Below, piece after piece: positions 1-10,800 of a stretch of 64,000 nucleotides of DNA (position 1 is the stretch's first letter; the number at the start of each line of letters is the position of its first letter). This DNA is from Paraphysomonas bandaiensis (taxonomy: Eukaryota; Protista; Chrysophyceae). Position numbers and translations under genes: made by a program. The notes under the pieces were generated by a model. The model made no database searches and was not told the DNA's origin. It saw only the letters and a list, made by a program, of their open reading frames with translations. Where the stretch lies: positions 326,272-390,271 of the forward strand of contig CBFFRP010000423.1 in the NCBI GenBank assembly GCA_965644295.1. Direction: 5' to 3'.

Positions 1-366
1 ATAGAAAAAAGTCTAAAGAATGGTAAAAGTCTAAAGAATGACAAGCCATCAGATTTCATCTCATTAAAATCGAGGAGGAGAGTTGACAAGTAAGAAGGCT
101 GACCTCCCTCCTCTTTTATACCTACTTTTCATGAAAAATGCCTCAATCCTCCAACTAATTTTTTTAAGATCTACTGTTTAGAGTTTAAAATATAAAGGCT
201 CGGTAGAGTCATAATACTCGAAGTTATGAAAAGCATACCACAACGACTACAATGAAATCAATATCTTATATTAAAAGCAACAAAGTAACGATTTCGACTA
301 ACTCGCTTATAGTTGGACAACTCAATGACAATTATTTAAGTACACGGAACGAAACAGGAGACTGCT

Positions 367-484
367 TAGTAGTGAATGTCCTATTATTAGCAATTGTCGT
401 GTAAGAGTCAGAACTAATGTAGCAAAATAATTTAACTAACTAGTACTTAACTCACATATCCTACTATTTGGCGCAACGGTAGAC
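367..484 (-). repeat. Degenerate 3' module of the local LINE/SINE family
   Basis: Reverse complement reads ...aaatagtaggata...ttgctaataataggacattcactacta, matching the 3' ends at 31870-31943 and 33545-33683. Confidence 0.7.
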
Positions 485-1010
485 AGGTACAGTACACACT
501 TGACGTCAACAAAAACTAGTCTACCAATGCCACTTCCACATGTGGAGATGATGTTTACCTCTTGTAGTCACTTATTCCTCTTAAGCAGTGGAAGTTTTAC
601 ATGAAAGATCAGCCTTCGGTGGCAGGGTAACCGATTTAGTTCATGGTCGGACAGTCATACTCACGCTACCATCGCAATGCGGATGTAGAATTCTGCTATG
701 TTTGAACAGACATTGTCACAATGTTCTTTCCAGGGCTTAAAATATTGTTTTCAGTTTCTTTATGATTCTCTAAATCAGACCCTCTCTCACTAATCGTTTC
801 AAAGGACGTGTTGAATTTATTGAAACAGCAGCGAATAATGCCTCTCAGTTAGGTGCTCTGCTTTTGAAAATTTCAGTGTATGCAGTGCTAAGCCATCATC
901 ATCTATTTCGATTGAACCAAGTCGTATATAAGATTGTTGAGTATTCTAGATAGTGTGGACATTCTTCCAATACATTCCTTTCCTTTTGCTCTTGACTTAT
1001 GAGGTATAAT

Positions 1011-1058
1011 GCAGCTGGGTCTATTTGTCTAGGAAATACTATAAATAGACCCAGCTGC
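1011..1058. repeat. Perfect 16-bp inverted repeat (hairpin)
   Basis: gcagctgggtctattt (1011-1026) and aaatagacccagctgc (1043-1058), 16-nt spacer. Confidence 0.85.
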
Positions 1059-1064
1059 CTCTTA

Positions 1065-1622
1065 GGCCACTAATTATAGTGAGACAAAAGACAAAAAGAC
1101 AGAAGACATTTTTCTGGAAAAATGTCTTCTGAGCATGAAAAGCTGAAGTTATAGGAGGACAAAAGACAGAAATCCGTCGAAAGACAAAATGTCTTTCTGT
1201 CTTCGGCAGACAGGAGTCCCCATGGTGTGTTATCGTAGCCAATCCGTTCGTAGACATTTCTTATTGCAAAGATACGATCCTAACTGGACGCTGGAGATTG
1301 CTTCATGAGCTGTTTGATCAAGGATGTCCTGCACAGACAACTTTCGGGACAATGCACCCACACATGAAATATCATGCTATCAACTTTACACAGTCACTTG
1401 TGACTTATGTCAGTCTTAATGCTTTGCTTCGCAGTATATTCAGTGAGATCTAGCGAGCAGAGAATGAGCAGAATTCAAAATTCTAAAAAAAATCGCTGCT
1501 TTGTCTTCTGTCTTTCTGTGTGCACTATAACTTCAGCTCCATTTGCACCCGACAAAAACAATTTTGATGAAAAAAAATGTCTTTTGTCGTTTTGTCTTTT
1601 GTCTCCACTATAATTAGTGGCC
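1065..1622. mobile_element. PIF/Harbinger (Tourist-like) MITE
   Basis: TIRs GGCCACTAATTATAGT...ACTATAATTAGTGGCC extend imperfectly for about 100 bp with GACAAAA sub-repeats. A 3-bp TSD TTA lies at 1062-1064 and 1623-1625. Confidence 0.88.
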
Positions 1623-1948
1623 TTAGATATACACACACGATCATACTGTGTTTATGACAAAAATATAAACCCCACTTTTATGAATTGGGAGCTGGTTAAA
1701 ACTCAGTTTAGTTCTGCGTAATATTTTTACCCTCACCTTTATTAGGCTGTTTTTTCCTAAAATCCTGCTATTTGAAAACTGTAACACAGTCGAAAAACCT
1801 CAAAATCACTGCTTTTATGGGTGATGTTTTCCTCCTCTGGTATTCAAATACACGCACACCTTTGGTGGGTGTGGATGTGTGATCTGTATGTGTGTTGTGC
1901 ATATATTTGAACACGACATCTTTAAGAATCCCTCAGTATAATGAATGT

Positions 1949-3901
1949 ATGAATATGATCGAAGAAAAATCTGAAATTGAATTGGATTTTAGTGTAAAAA
2001 CATTGCCATACCTTGTGCAGCACGCATGTATTTGTGGAAAAGGTGAATATATCGATGACTGCCCCCCCTTTGAGAAGTACTATGAGTCAGTCTTGTATTT
2101 CGACAAATCCAGAATGGATTTTGTGAATGAAATTTGTCCACGGCTGCGGAAACTGACTCAAAATCGACTCAGTGGACAAAAAAACTGTTTTCTTGTGAAT
2201 GGAATTCCAGGGATCGGCAAATCACAACTTTTAATGTCGTTGGGTCATTGGGTAACGGTGATGGGTGGGTCTAAAACCGGATTCTATTTCTTAAACATAG
2301 GTGCAAGAGGACTGCGTGATCCACTTAGTCCTGGTATAATTAATATTCGATACATTATTCACGATATGTCCACTCGACTGGGTTGGAATCCGCCTGCTAA
2401 ATGTTGGGAAACTATGCAAGATGCTTGGGACTGGATGGTATCGGCTGGATATGTTGCATTGATAGTATTAGACGAATTTCACAAACAATACAATGAAGAA
2501 AACACATGCGGGTTATTTTTTGATCTGTATTCGATAGGTAACAATTCAGGCCCCAGGCCTATCGTTGTTATTTTGAATGGATCTTCGGCATTGATGCGAC
2601 CACTTGTATTTCGCCTTCTGGAAAATGGGTCTGGGATTGCCAAGCAGTACCCCGGTTATGCAAAATCAGAGAGTTTAAACGTTACTAAGTTTATCCCTTT
2701 TACACTGTTACCACTGTGCAACACGAATGACATGAAGGAAGCAGTGGCAACACTGCAAGATAAAGATACGTTTTTAGTGGATGTGGCCAGTGACGATGCT
2801 GATTTTTTGTATCGTACATTGTGCTTCAACACAAGGGGAACTATTCGACATTTCGAAAAATCATGTGATAGAATCAAATACTCAGACACATGTATCAGTT
2901 ACAAAACAGCTTGCTTCACGTCGGAACTATCTCCGTTGTACACAATACTTTGGAATAACGTCGTTCTAAATCTTTCCAGTGCTTTAATTGCTCAATGTCT
3001 TAGTGGGGAAGCCAACATAGGAGACATTCCAGAAGTTCCAGTCCGTTGTTTTTTGGACAAAGGTTATACTGTCAGAGATCTCTATGGCTTAGCAGACAAT
3101 GGAATTATTCGATTTTGTGGTGGGGTCTCAGTTGGCTATGTACACCCAGTTGACATCTTGATATGTGTCTCTTTTTATGGAGCTGACACCTTAAACCCAC
3201 AGCCCAACATATTGTCTGCTGCCGAGGAGGTGTCGCTATTGTACCCCCATCATGCCAGCGCAATTTGTGAAGTGAACGAGAAATTGGTGTGTGAAAGCCT
3301 ATGCGAGAAAGGGTTAATGGTGGCGCCGTATGGCCGCTTGACTTTTTCCTTCACACACAGTTTTTGCTACACTGGCGTTGTCAGAACAACACCACACGTC
3401 ATCAGTCTATACCGTTTAGGGTTAGAAGAATCATCTCTCAGCTCTTCCAGTGGTCGTGGCAACGTGAAAAAGAGCTTATTAACGACCCATCATATTTCTG
3501 CTGAGCTGAAGAAAGAGTGGCCGGATGAAACTGGAGGTAACTTGATTGCTGTGTTCGCTGTCCATGGCTTCAGTCGCGTTCGAAGGGGCATCAAATACAT
3601 TGTAGTGCGAGTGCAAGTGAAATTAGGTTATTCATCCAGTCAGATTGGAGACCCTGCCCAAAAAATGAAGGATAGTGAGGAGATCATTGCAAAGTCACTG
3701 GGCGCGCAAAAAAATGAGGTGGATTTTATTCGTGTTATTTGGACTTCTAGAAACGTTTCAACTCGTGCACACGCTCTCGGAGTCAACGGGCAAACCATTG
3801 TCATCAACTCTGAGAACATGCTGACCCATTGGAGCGCACGATGTTCTAACTTTGTGAAGAAGAACCAACTCTCAAGTTATGGATATATATGTAAGTATTA
3901 A
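1949..3901 (+). CDS. Crinkler-type P-loop NTPase with C-terminal PD-(D/E)xK-like (REase-fold) domain
   Basis: Uninterrupted ORF (open from 1892, first ATG 1949). Walker A NGIPGIGKS, Walker B LIVLDEF, sensor-like ILNGSS. The C-terminal E(VNEKLV)...PDETGGNLI...VQVKLG pattern resembles CR-REase domains. Confidence 0.65.
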   Translation: MNMIEEKSEIELDFSVKTLPYLVQHACICGKGEYIDDCPPFEKYYESVLYFDKSRMDFVNEICPRLRKLTQNRLSGQKNCFLVNGIPGIGKSQLLMSLGHWVTVMGGSKTGFYFLNIGARGLRDPLSPGIINIRYIIHDMSTRLGWNPPAKCWETMQDAWDWMVSAGYVALIVLDEFHKQYNEENTCGLFFDLYSIGNNSGPRPIVVILNGSSALMRPLVFRLLENGSGIAKQYPGYAKSESLNVTKFIPFTLLPLCNTNDMKEAVATLQDKDTFLVDVASDDADFLYRTLCFNTRGTIRHFEKSCDRIKYSDTCISYKTACFTSELSPLYTILWNNVVLNLSSALIAQCLSGEANIGDIPEVPVRCFLDKGYTVRDLYGLADNGIIRFCGGVSVGYVHPVDILICVSFYGADTLNPQPNILSAAEEVSLLYPHHASAICEVNEKLVCESLCEKGLMVAPYGRLTFSFTHSFCYTGVVRTTPHVISLYRLGLEESSLSSSSGRGNVKKSLLTTHHISAELKKEWPDETGGNLIAVFAVHGFSRVRRGIKYIVVRVQVKLGYSSSQIGDPAQKMKDSEEIIAKSLGAQKNEVDFIRVIWTSRNVSTRAHALGVNGQTIVINSENMLTHWSARCSNFVKKNQLSSYGYICKY

Positions 3902-4115
3902 ATATTATGTAAAATGAGTTGGTATAAACTGTCGAAACTGTCGATTGTAAGATCAATGAAAATGATATTGGATCTGAAATTGACAGCAAAAAACGTATCA
4001 TGTTTATAAAAGAAGCTGAATCGGCCACCTTCATTATCCTTTTCAAATATGGAAGATCAGTTTATAAAAGTTGAAACCACTGTACCTGTGTTGTTATATG
4101 GTCCCTACTAAAGAG

Positions 4116-4839
4116 CAGGGCCAGGTAAAAATATATTGAACTGCAATATTTTAGTTTTGCTTTTGCTACAATATATTTATTATTGTTTTAGCAAGATTTG
4201 GTCTTTGATATATATTGCTCATGCATGTGTGTATCTTTGAAAATAGATTTGATTAATCATAAATTACTACTCTAATATCGAACAATTCTGATAATTTCCT
4301 GCAACGAAGAGCGCTTGTCATGTTCGATATAGAATTCGTACTGTCTCTGTCAAGCTATTCATTAAACTCCAAGCTGTTCAAAGTAAGGTGTCTTCCTCGT
4401 ACAACTAAAACTAAATATATTTTTCTTTTGATCTGCAATCTGCAATAAACAAGATGCCAGTAAAATGATCGCCATATGTCATATCCGCCAAAACTATTCG
4501 ACCACCATCTCTTTCAGTAGAGCCAAAATAATTCTCATGACACACTTGCGACAAGGAATGACCCCACGACGCCTCGAACTGCTTCTCTTTCTTCGCTTCA
4601 ACAAGTCAGTATAACAGGTCATCTATGATGGACCGTTTGATTATGACATTTTGACGACAGTGACGAAGAGTTGGAATACTTTTAGAGTACTAGTTGCTGC
4701 ATTATTTTCGGGTTTTCATTATCATGTTGTTCTTAGTGCCCAGCGCCCAGTATATTAATATACTGCAATATATTTATTATAAACATTGGGTTTTTTATTT
4801 TTGCTGGCAATATATTGTAATATATTGTTACCGCCCCTG
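4116..4839 (+). mobile_element. Non-autonomous hAT derivative
   Basis: Ends CAGGG..GGTAA(A)AATATATTG and CAATATATTGTTACCGCCCCTG. Internal FSRAKIILMTHLRQGMTPRRLELLLFLRFNKS (about 4513-4610) is a hAT dimerisation-domain remnant. TSD degenerate (5/8). Confidence 0.75.
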
Positions 4840-4902
4840 CTTAATATAAAGTGTATACCAGTTGGTGGTACATTTTATATATTTCCGCCCAACACCTGAA
4901 AG

Positions 4903-5637
4903 CAGGGCTGCGTGTATCAATTAATTGTCAATTATTGAAATTGCGATAATTAAAATTTGGGCATCGAATCATAATTGCAATAATAATTACTCCACTTTCC
5001 TTCAATCGACATAAAAATACCACCTTTTTATACTGAAAAGTTGATTTTTTATTGCGAAAATCCAATTTTTAGGATAAAAATCGAAGATTGATTAGATACT
5101 ATAATATCCATAGGATAATTTTGCATATAATAATTCATTAAAAAAACTGGTGATATGAGCGATAAACTGATACCTGAAGTCAATGCACGAGTGGTCTTTG
5201 AGAAAATAAATGATAATAACGAAGAAGAGGTTGCAATGCTTTCAATGCATTTCGGTTAGATTGTAGATGTAGATGGGTGGACGTGCAGCAAGGAACTTTA
5301 AAATTAAAATATTTTTTCTCGACGAGGATGAAGAAGAAGATGACAGTGAGAGTCTAGTTCAGAATGACGAATGACGGCGTAGCGCAAAGTTAGATTATTG
5401 ATGGTAACAGGCAACACAGAAGCAAGCACGTCTTAATCAGCAAACTCGTTACCGCAGCATGAAGCCCATGCATACCACAACCAATAGAGTTGAAAGGTTG
5501 TTCAGCGCTACAAAATCTGCTTGTGCGTCAACGCAAGTACCAAGGTGCAACGTAGCTATATACGTACGTCGTTTATTAAGTCTATTAGCAAGTAATAATT
5601 ACAAACATAATTGTTGACTACAACCTTCACAGCCCTG
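4903..5637 (+). mobile_element. Non-autonomous hAT derivative (second family)
   Basis: Ends CAGGGCTG / CAGCCCTG. Internal TTNRVERLFSATK (about 5477-5515) is the hAT dimerisation motif. No TSD recognised. Confidence 0.62.
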
Positions 5638-6009
5638 GAGAATAGGGCAATTGTGCGTCTGGTATCACAGGCAGTACGGTTCCAACGTTGAGGCTAAAAT
5701 AGACTTCACATACAAAACAATCTACACATATGAATCGCAGGGCTAGGTAAAAATTACATTGTATTCTTGTGATACGTATTCGCACGATTAATCATTAGAC
5801 AGTAGAGATATCTCTAAAACATCAATAATTCATTCAAAGGTAAGTCCTCTTACCCATTATTCATTCCTTTGAATTTATAAAATGTACAAATGGGTCACAA
5901 AAACATCATGAGGGCCAAGTTCACTTGAAAAGTTTAGTTGCTACAGACTGATGGGCACATCTACAACTACAAAACCAGGACTAGCTAACTATAGTGCATA
6001 ATGCTGAGA

Positions 6010-7504
6010 CTATGGTTGACCAGTATCTCCAGTGACGCCTTCCGGTTCAGGAACAGCTGCTCCTAAAAATGTGGTATATCCGCATTGCTCAGGGTCAATC
6101 TCGATGTAACCATTATCATATACCAAATCCCATCCAGAGACATGCTCCTCATCACCAGAAAGAACCTTTTCCATATCAATAATATCAAGCATTCCATGAA
6201 GCATCTCTGTTTTCATGGCATAATCTTCATTCGTATTTGCACTCAATGAGGGCGACGCATTAACTTCCAGCAGCCATGGGCGCAAGTCAGCATCAATGAT
6301 AAGATCATATCCGTATAGCTCGAAGCAGTGCTTATCATGAATCATTATCTGCGACACCATTTAGAGCACACGTACTGAATGGCTTGGTTCAAACTACCAG
6401 CAGACACATAATTTTAAAAAATTAGTATACATACAGCTACCCATTTTTCCTTTCTAATTCTTTAAACACACATTTACCTGCTGTACAGCGAGCAGTGCTC
6501 GAATCATTATCATTTGCATCTCCCAAAATAATGCATCTGTACGTTCCATGCCGTATTTGGACATAATATGCAGTTTAAGAGCTTGTAGCTCCATCTTCCC
6601 TCCTGTCCTTTCGTCATAATTTTCCGCAGTCTTTTGGATGGCCACATTAGTCAAATGCATGAAATCGTCGTATATATCCTCCATCCTGGAGGAATATCGT
6701 GCATTGGTGAAGCGGGCAAATCCACGACGGTATATGTAAACTTTTAAAGGAGAAAAAGATGTGACTAATGCATACATGCGAAGATCAAATTTCTTTCCTC
6801 CTATGACCAACGGGTACTGCAGATACCGCTGCACGACATAAGCTTCCACTTCTTTCTCTTCTTTCCCTCCGGAGGGCTTATACTTAAACCCAGTTTTCCA
6901 CTCTGATATCTCGCTAAGGCGAGTGAACAAAAATATTCCCTTTCCCTGGGCACTACCAATCGGTTTCATTATCCAAATGCCTCCAACTTTTTTGAACTCC
7001 TCCACGAACATAGCATACTCTCTTGGAAGTAGAAAGGTTGTTGGCATGATGTCGAATTGACTAGCTTCTTCGTGACGACCCTCTTTTTCGAGGGCGCGGC
7101 GTTGTCTTTTGACGTTCTTTGCAATTAAGTCCTTTCGACATAATTCTCTCCCATTACGGTAATGATTCAGTCGTTGCCATTGCTCAAGATGCATTCGATC
7201 AAAAGCAGAATACACCCATTCTCTATCAGCCCACACAAAGTCCCACTGCACATCACATATGAAACACATTAAAATACAAACTATGGCAGAAAAACGTACA
7301 TCTTCGTCTCCATCCACCTCCTGCCACCCTCTGGATGCTAGCACATCATATATAGTGTTTGAAAATGATGTAAAGAACTTGATGACACTTCCAGCGCCCC
7401 TATAGACGAGCTGTGAGGACACGTACAGTCTGTTTATAAGGGGTGATGTACCTACGCGCGGTGGGTCGATCGCTTCCATGTCCACGACGTTGTCGTTCTT
7501 TCAT
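6010..7504 (-). CDS. TTLL9: Tubulin polyglutamylase, TTL family (TTLL9-like)
   Basis: WIMKPIGSAQGKGIFL, YVVQRYL..PLVIGGKKFDLRMYAL, HLTNVAIQK, CFELYGYDLIID..LRPWLLEVNASPS. Introns at about 7401-7452, 7246-7299 (54 nt, in frame) and 6349-6477. Inferred ATG at 7504. Confidence 0.9.
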
Positions 7505-7898
7505 TGTTATATAATAACTCTATTGAAATGACACGAGGGTGTGGATTATATTTCAGCACTGGGGATGTGGGCTGGCTGTTATATGCAGCCACTCTCTGTA
7601 TGCTGTGTGTACAAACTGATGCTAAGTGTACAGCTCTACATGTACTTGTATATCTGTGTATAGGTATATATATGTACACTGTGTGTATATCCATCTTCCT
7701 GTCTATATATACGTACATGTATATAGAGAGTATGTGTGTGTAGTGTTTACATATGGCATAAGAGTCAAATCAATCCTATTCACAACAAAATCATCACACA
7801 CGATCTGATCAAATATGAATTAACATATTCAGTGACACTTGTGGTGGGGGCTGTTGCGTATCGGAGGGATATAGTTGTGCCTTGTCTGTGTATTCAGG

Positions 7899-10800
7899 AT
7901 GTCTCAGTCGGTTGATTTACAGGAAGATTCTGACATGTCAGATTTTTTCATTAATCGGCTACTAGAGCTCAAAACAACATCGAATAAATTAAAGATGGAG
8001 AGTGTTAATGAATGCTGTGAAGAGGCTATGTCTGCCCTGAAGGAGAGAGGAAGTAGCCGGGTTCAGTTAGGAAGAAATAAACCCACAAGCTTCAGTATGC
8101 TTTCAGCGGGACTCTCCAAACAAGACGTAAACTTTAATATTCGCTTTAGTAGAGCTTGGAACCCAAATGAAAAGGTAAAACGAGGTACCACGTCAATGTT
8201 TGGTGTTGGAGCACTGAGTCCTCATGACTATGAGAATGTTACATCTGAGAGTATATTGAATGCACCTATCACTGATATATGTCTGATCCAAAGGAGTGAA
8301 ATTGTTCCTGAGGGCTACTACCGCCTTGCCCGAACACCTTCCAACAAGAAGGCTGACCTTAACACTGGTTCCGGTGGTACACATCTTTATATATGTATCA
8401 AGAAGTCTGTGAAAGATGACATACCTCCTATATCTTCCGTTATTGTCATATACCCAGATAAGAAGGAATACGTTCCTCCGGGATTCTCCGTCGTGAAGCG
8501 AGGGGGAAAGCCGTGTAACATAAATTCCGGTACAAGCGCCGAGAGAATATTCATGTGCTACAAACGTGATGCTTCATGTAATCCTATAGTAGATTTACAA
8601 ATATACTTTCCTACAAAGAATGAATCCCCCCCAACATCCTTCACCCGTCTGTCGCGATCGGTAAGGAACTATCCAGTGGACCTTAACATGGGTACTGGGG
8701 CTCCCACGATTGGTGTGTGTTATCGCCTAGATTTGTCTGGATTAGATTGTTTAATTCCTCGAGATTTATCCAGAGGGTCCTATATGAACCTGCTGGGAGT
8801 GAACACTGTCATCGACGGTGCTATGGATGTCGCATCAAGTGACGATGAATCTCATCCTAGCCATCCATCCAGCTGTAGTTCCGCATTGCGGGATGCTCGA
8901 CGCAAAGATGTCATGGAGCGACGGATATCGAATCAATCCAGTGTAGACCTGACCGAGGACTGGGACTATGAGAAGGAGGTGAGCCGCATGAGTGGACTTG
9001 AGGAGGAAGTGTGCTGTTCAGGATCGGCATCACCCAGTCCTCCCAGTGAAGAGGGTAGCCCCCCTTCCCCACCAGTAACAGCAGTGGATGGAAGGGATGA
9101 GACAGCGTCATCATTGTCTGGTGAGGATGAGGTAGCTGCTGTTAGGGTTGCCAAAAGGGAGAGGGATCGCCGCCACATGAGTACTGGAACCATCGGCGAG
9201 AGTGAATTTGACTCACCAAATGGAGATGAGAGTGGTAATGTCAGGCGAAATTCACTGCAGGGGCCAGTTGAGCAAGGCGACCCTAATAAAGACGACGACA
9301 GTATTGGTGGACAATCGATTACAGCGTCCGTCATCGACCCGAATGAACATCGGGACACGATGATGGGCCTTGGGAGCCAGAACGACCTCGTAGTAACGGT
9401 GCAAGATCGACCGATACCTCGAGCGCAAGGATACTTCTTACGTGCAGTGTTATTTGGTATATTTGGCACAGGCGAATTGTTGGATACCAGTCTTTCGGTT
9501 CTTAAGGCAGTCATCGAAGAGGGATCACTCTTCGAAGATTGTTTCTCCGGCAGATCGCCATCCGAGAGCATGACAATGCTGGATGTGACCGTGTGTGCTC
9601 TATGTGAGAGGTTGGATGGGTGTGTAGAAGTGACAAATAACAAAGTCCTTGAGGTCATCCACCTAATTATCAAACGTTCAAAAGGTTTACTGACGAAGTT
9701 CTGCACCCAGAGCCTCTTCCGTGCGGTATCCTTTGTTTGCGCAGCTTGCTCGACGAGATCTAATTGGGTGGCGGCTGGATACCCAACTCCAGTGCAGGAT
9801 GATGGGCAGGAAATATATGCGTTTTCTATCTTGAGAGACCTGATCAAGAATGTGACTTCTCGTGCTGAGCATTGTGAACTTGACCAGTCCCTTCCGAACG
9901 TTTACGAATCTTGTGGTGATATTGTAGAGGTCCAAGAAGATGCCTCGCTGTATAATTATAATATTGAACACCTCTTATCTCTCGGTGAATCACATGTCAT
10001 CGTATGTGACCTGGTAACCGAATTCTTTGATGAGGTAATGGATTCTGTGGAAACTTCACGAGTGACTGAAGTTGCACTCTTAGCGACCGCAAAGAAGACT
10101 TCATCAACTCTGTCCCCTTCTTTCTGGATCCATATGAATTCGATATCTAAGTCGCTATTTCGCAATTATGAAGTTCAGAACGCATTTATTTTGTTAGCTG
10201 CCTTGTGCAAATGGTCTTGGTTAGGTATTAAATCAGGGGATTCTGGTGAGGCTGCTCCTCGTCATTTGGGAAACAAACTTCTTGCAATTGAAGCTTTACG
10301 AGAGTACTGTCGCGTCGCGGGCCCGAACCTGCGATTATCTAAGATCATGGGATATCAAGTACGACGACTTGTAGTTTCCTCCATGTTTCTGAATATTCAG
10401 TACTCCCTCTCGGAGCCGAGAATATTCTCGAAACTCCTCAAGCTACTAAGTGTTTTATGGGAGAATTGGAGGGAGCATATCAGGCTCGAATTTCCTGTTT
10501 TGTGTGAACAGCTGGTAATTAAAATACTGCAGGCTCCGACTATAAAGATGCCCCCACTCTTTCACATCATTGCTTTGAGGGAGGTGATGAAGTGGTTCGA
10601 GCAACCACATATGCTTGTGGAGATGTTTGTTAATTTTGACATGGATGGAGTGGTAGTTTCTGATTGGAATATATTTGCGCACCTCATTCGGGCGGTTTGT
10701 ATATTTGCGGAGAAGTCGTCGCGGCCAGTAGTACCTGGTAGTGGAACGGGGCCATTTCCTTCTGAAGCGTCGTCGGTTGGGTCCTCGGCGACTATGTTCG

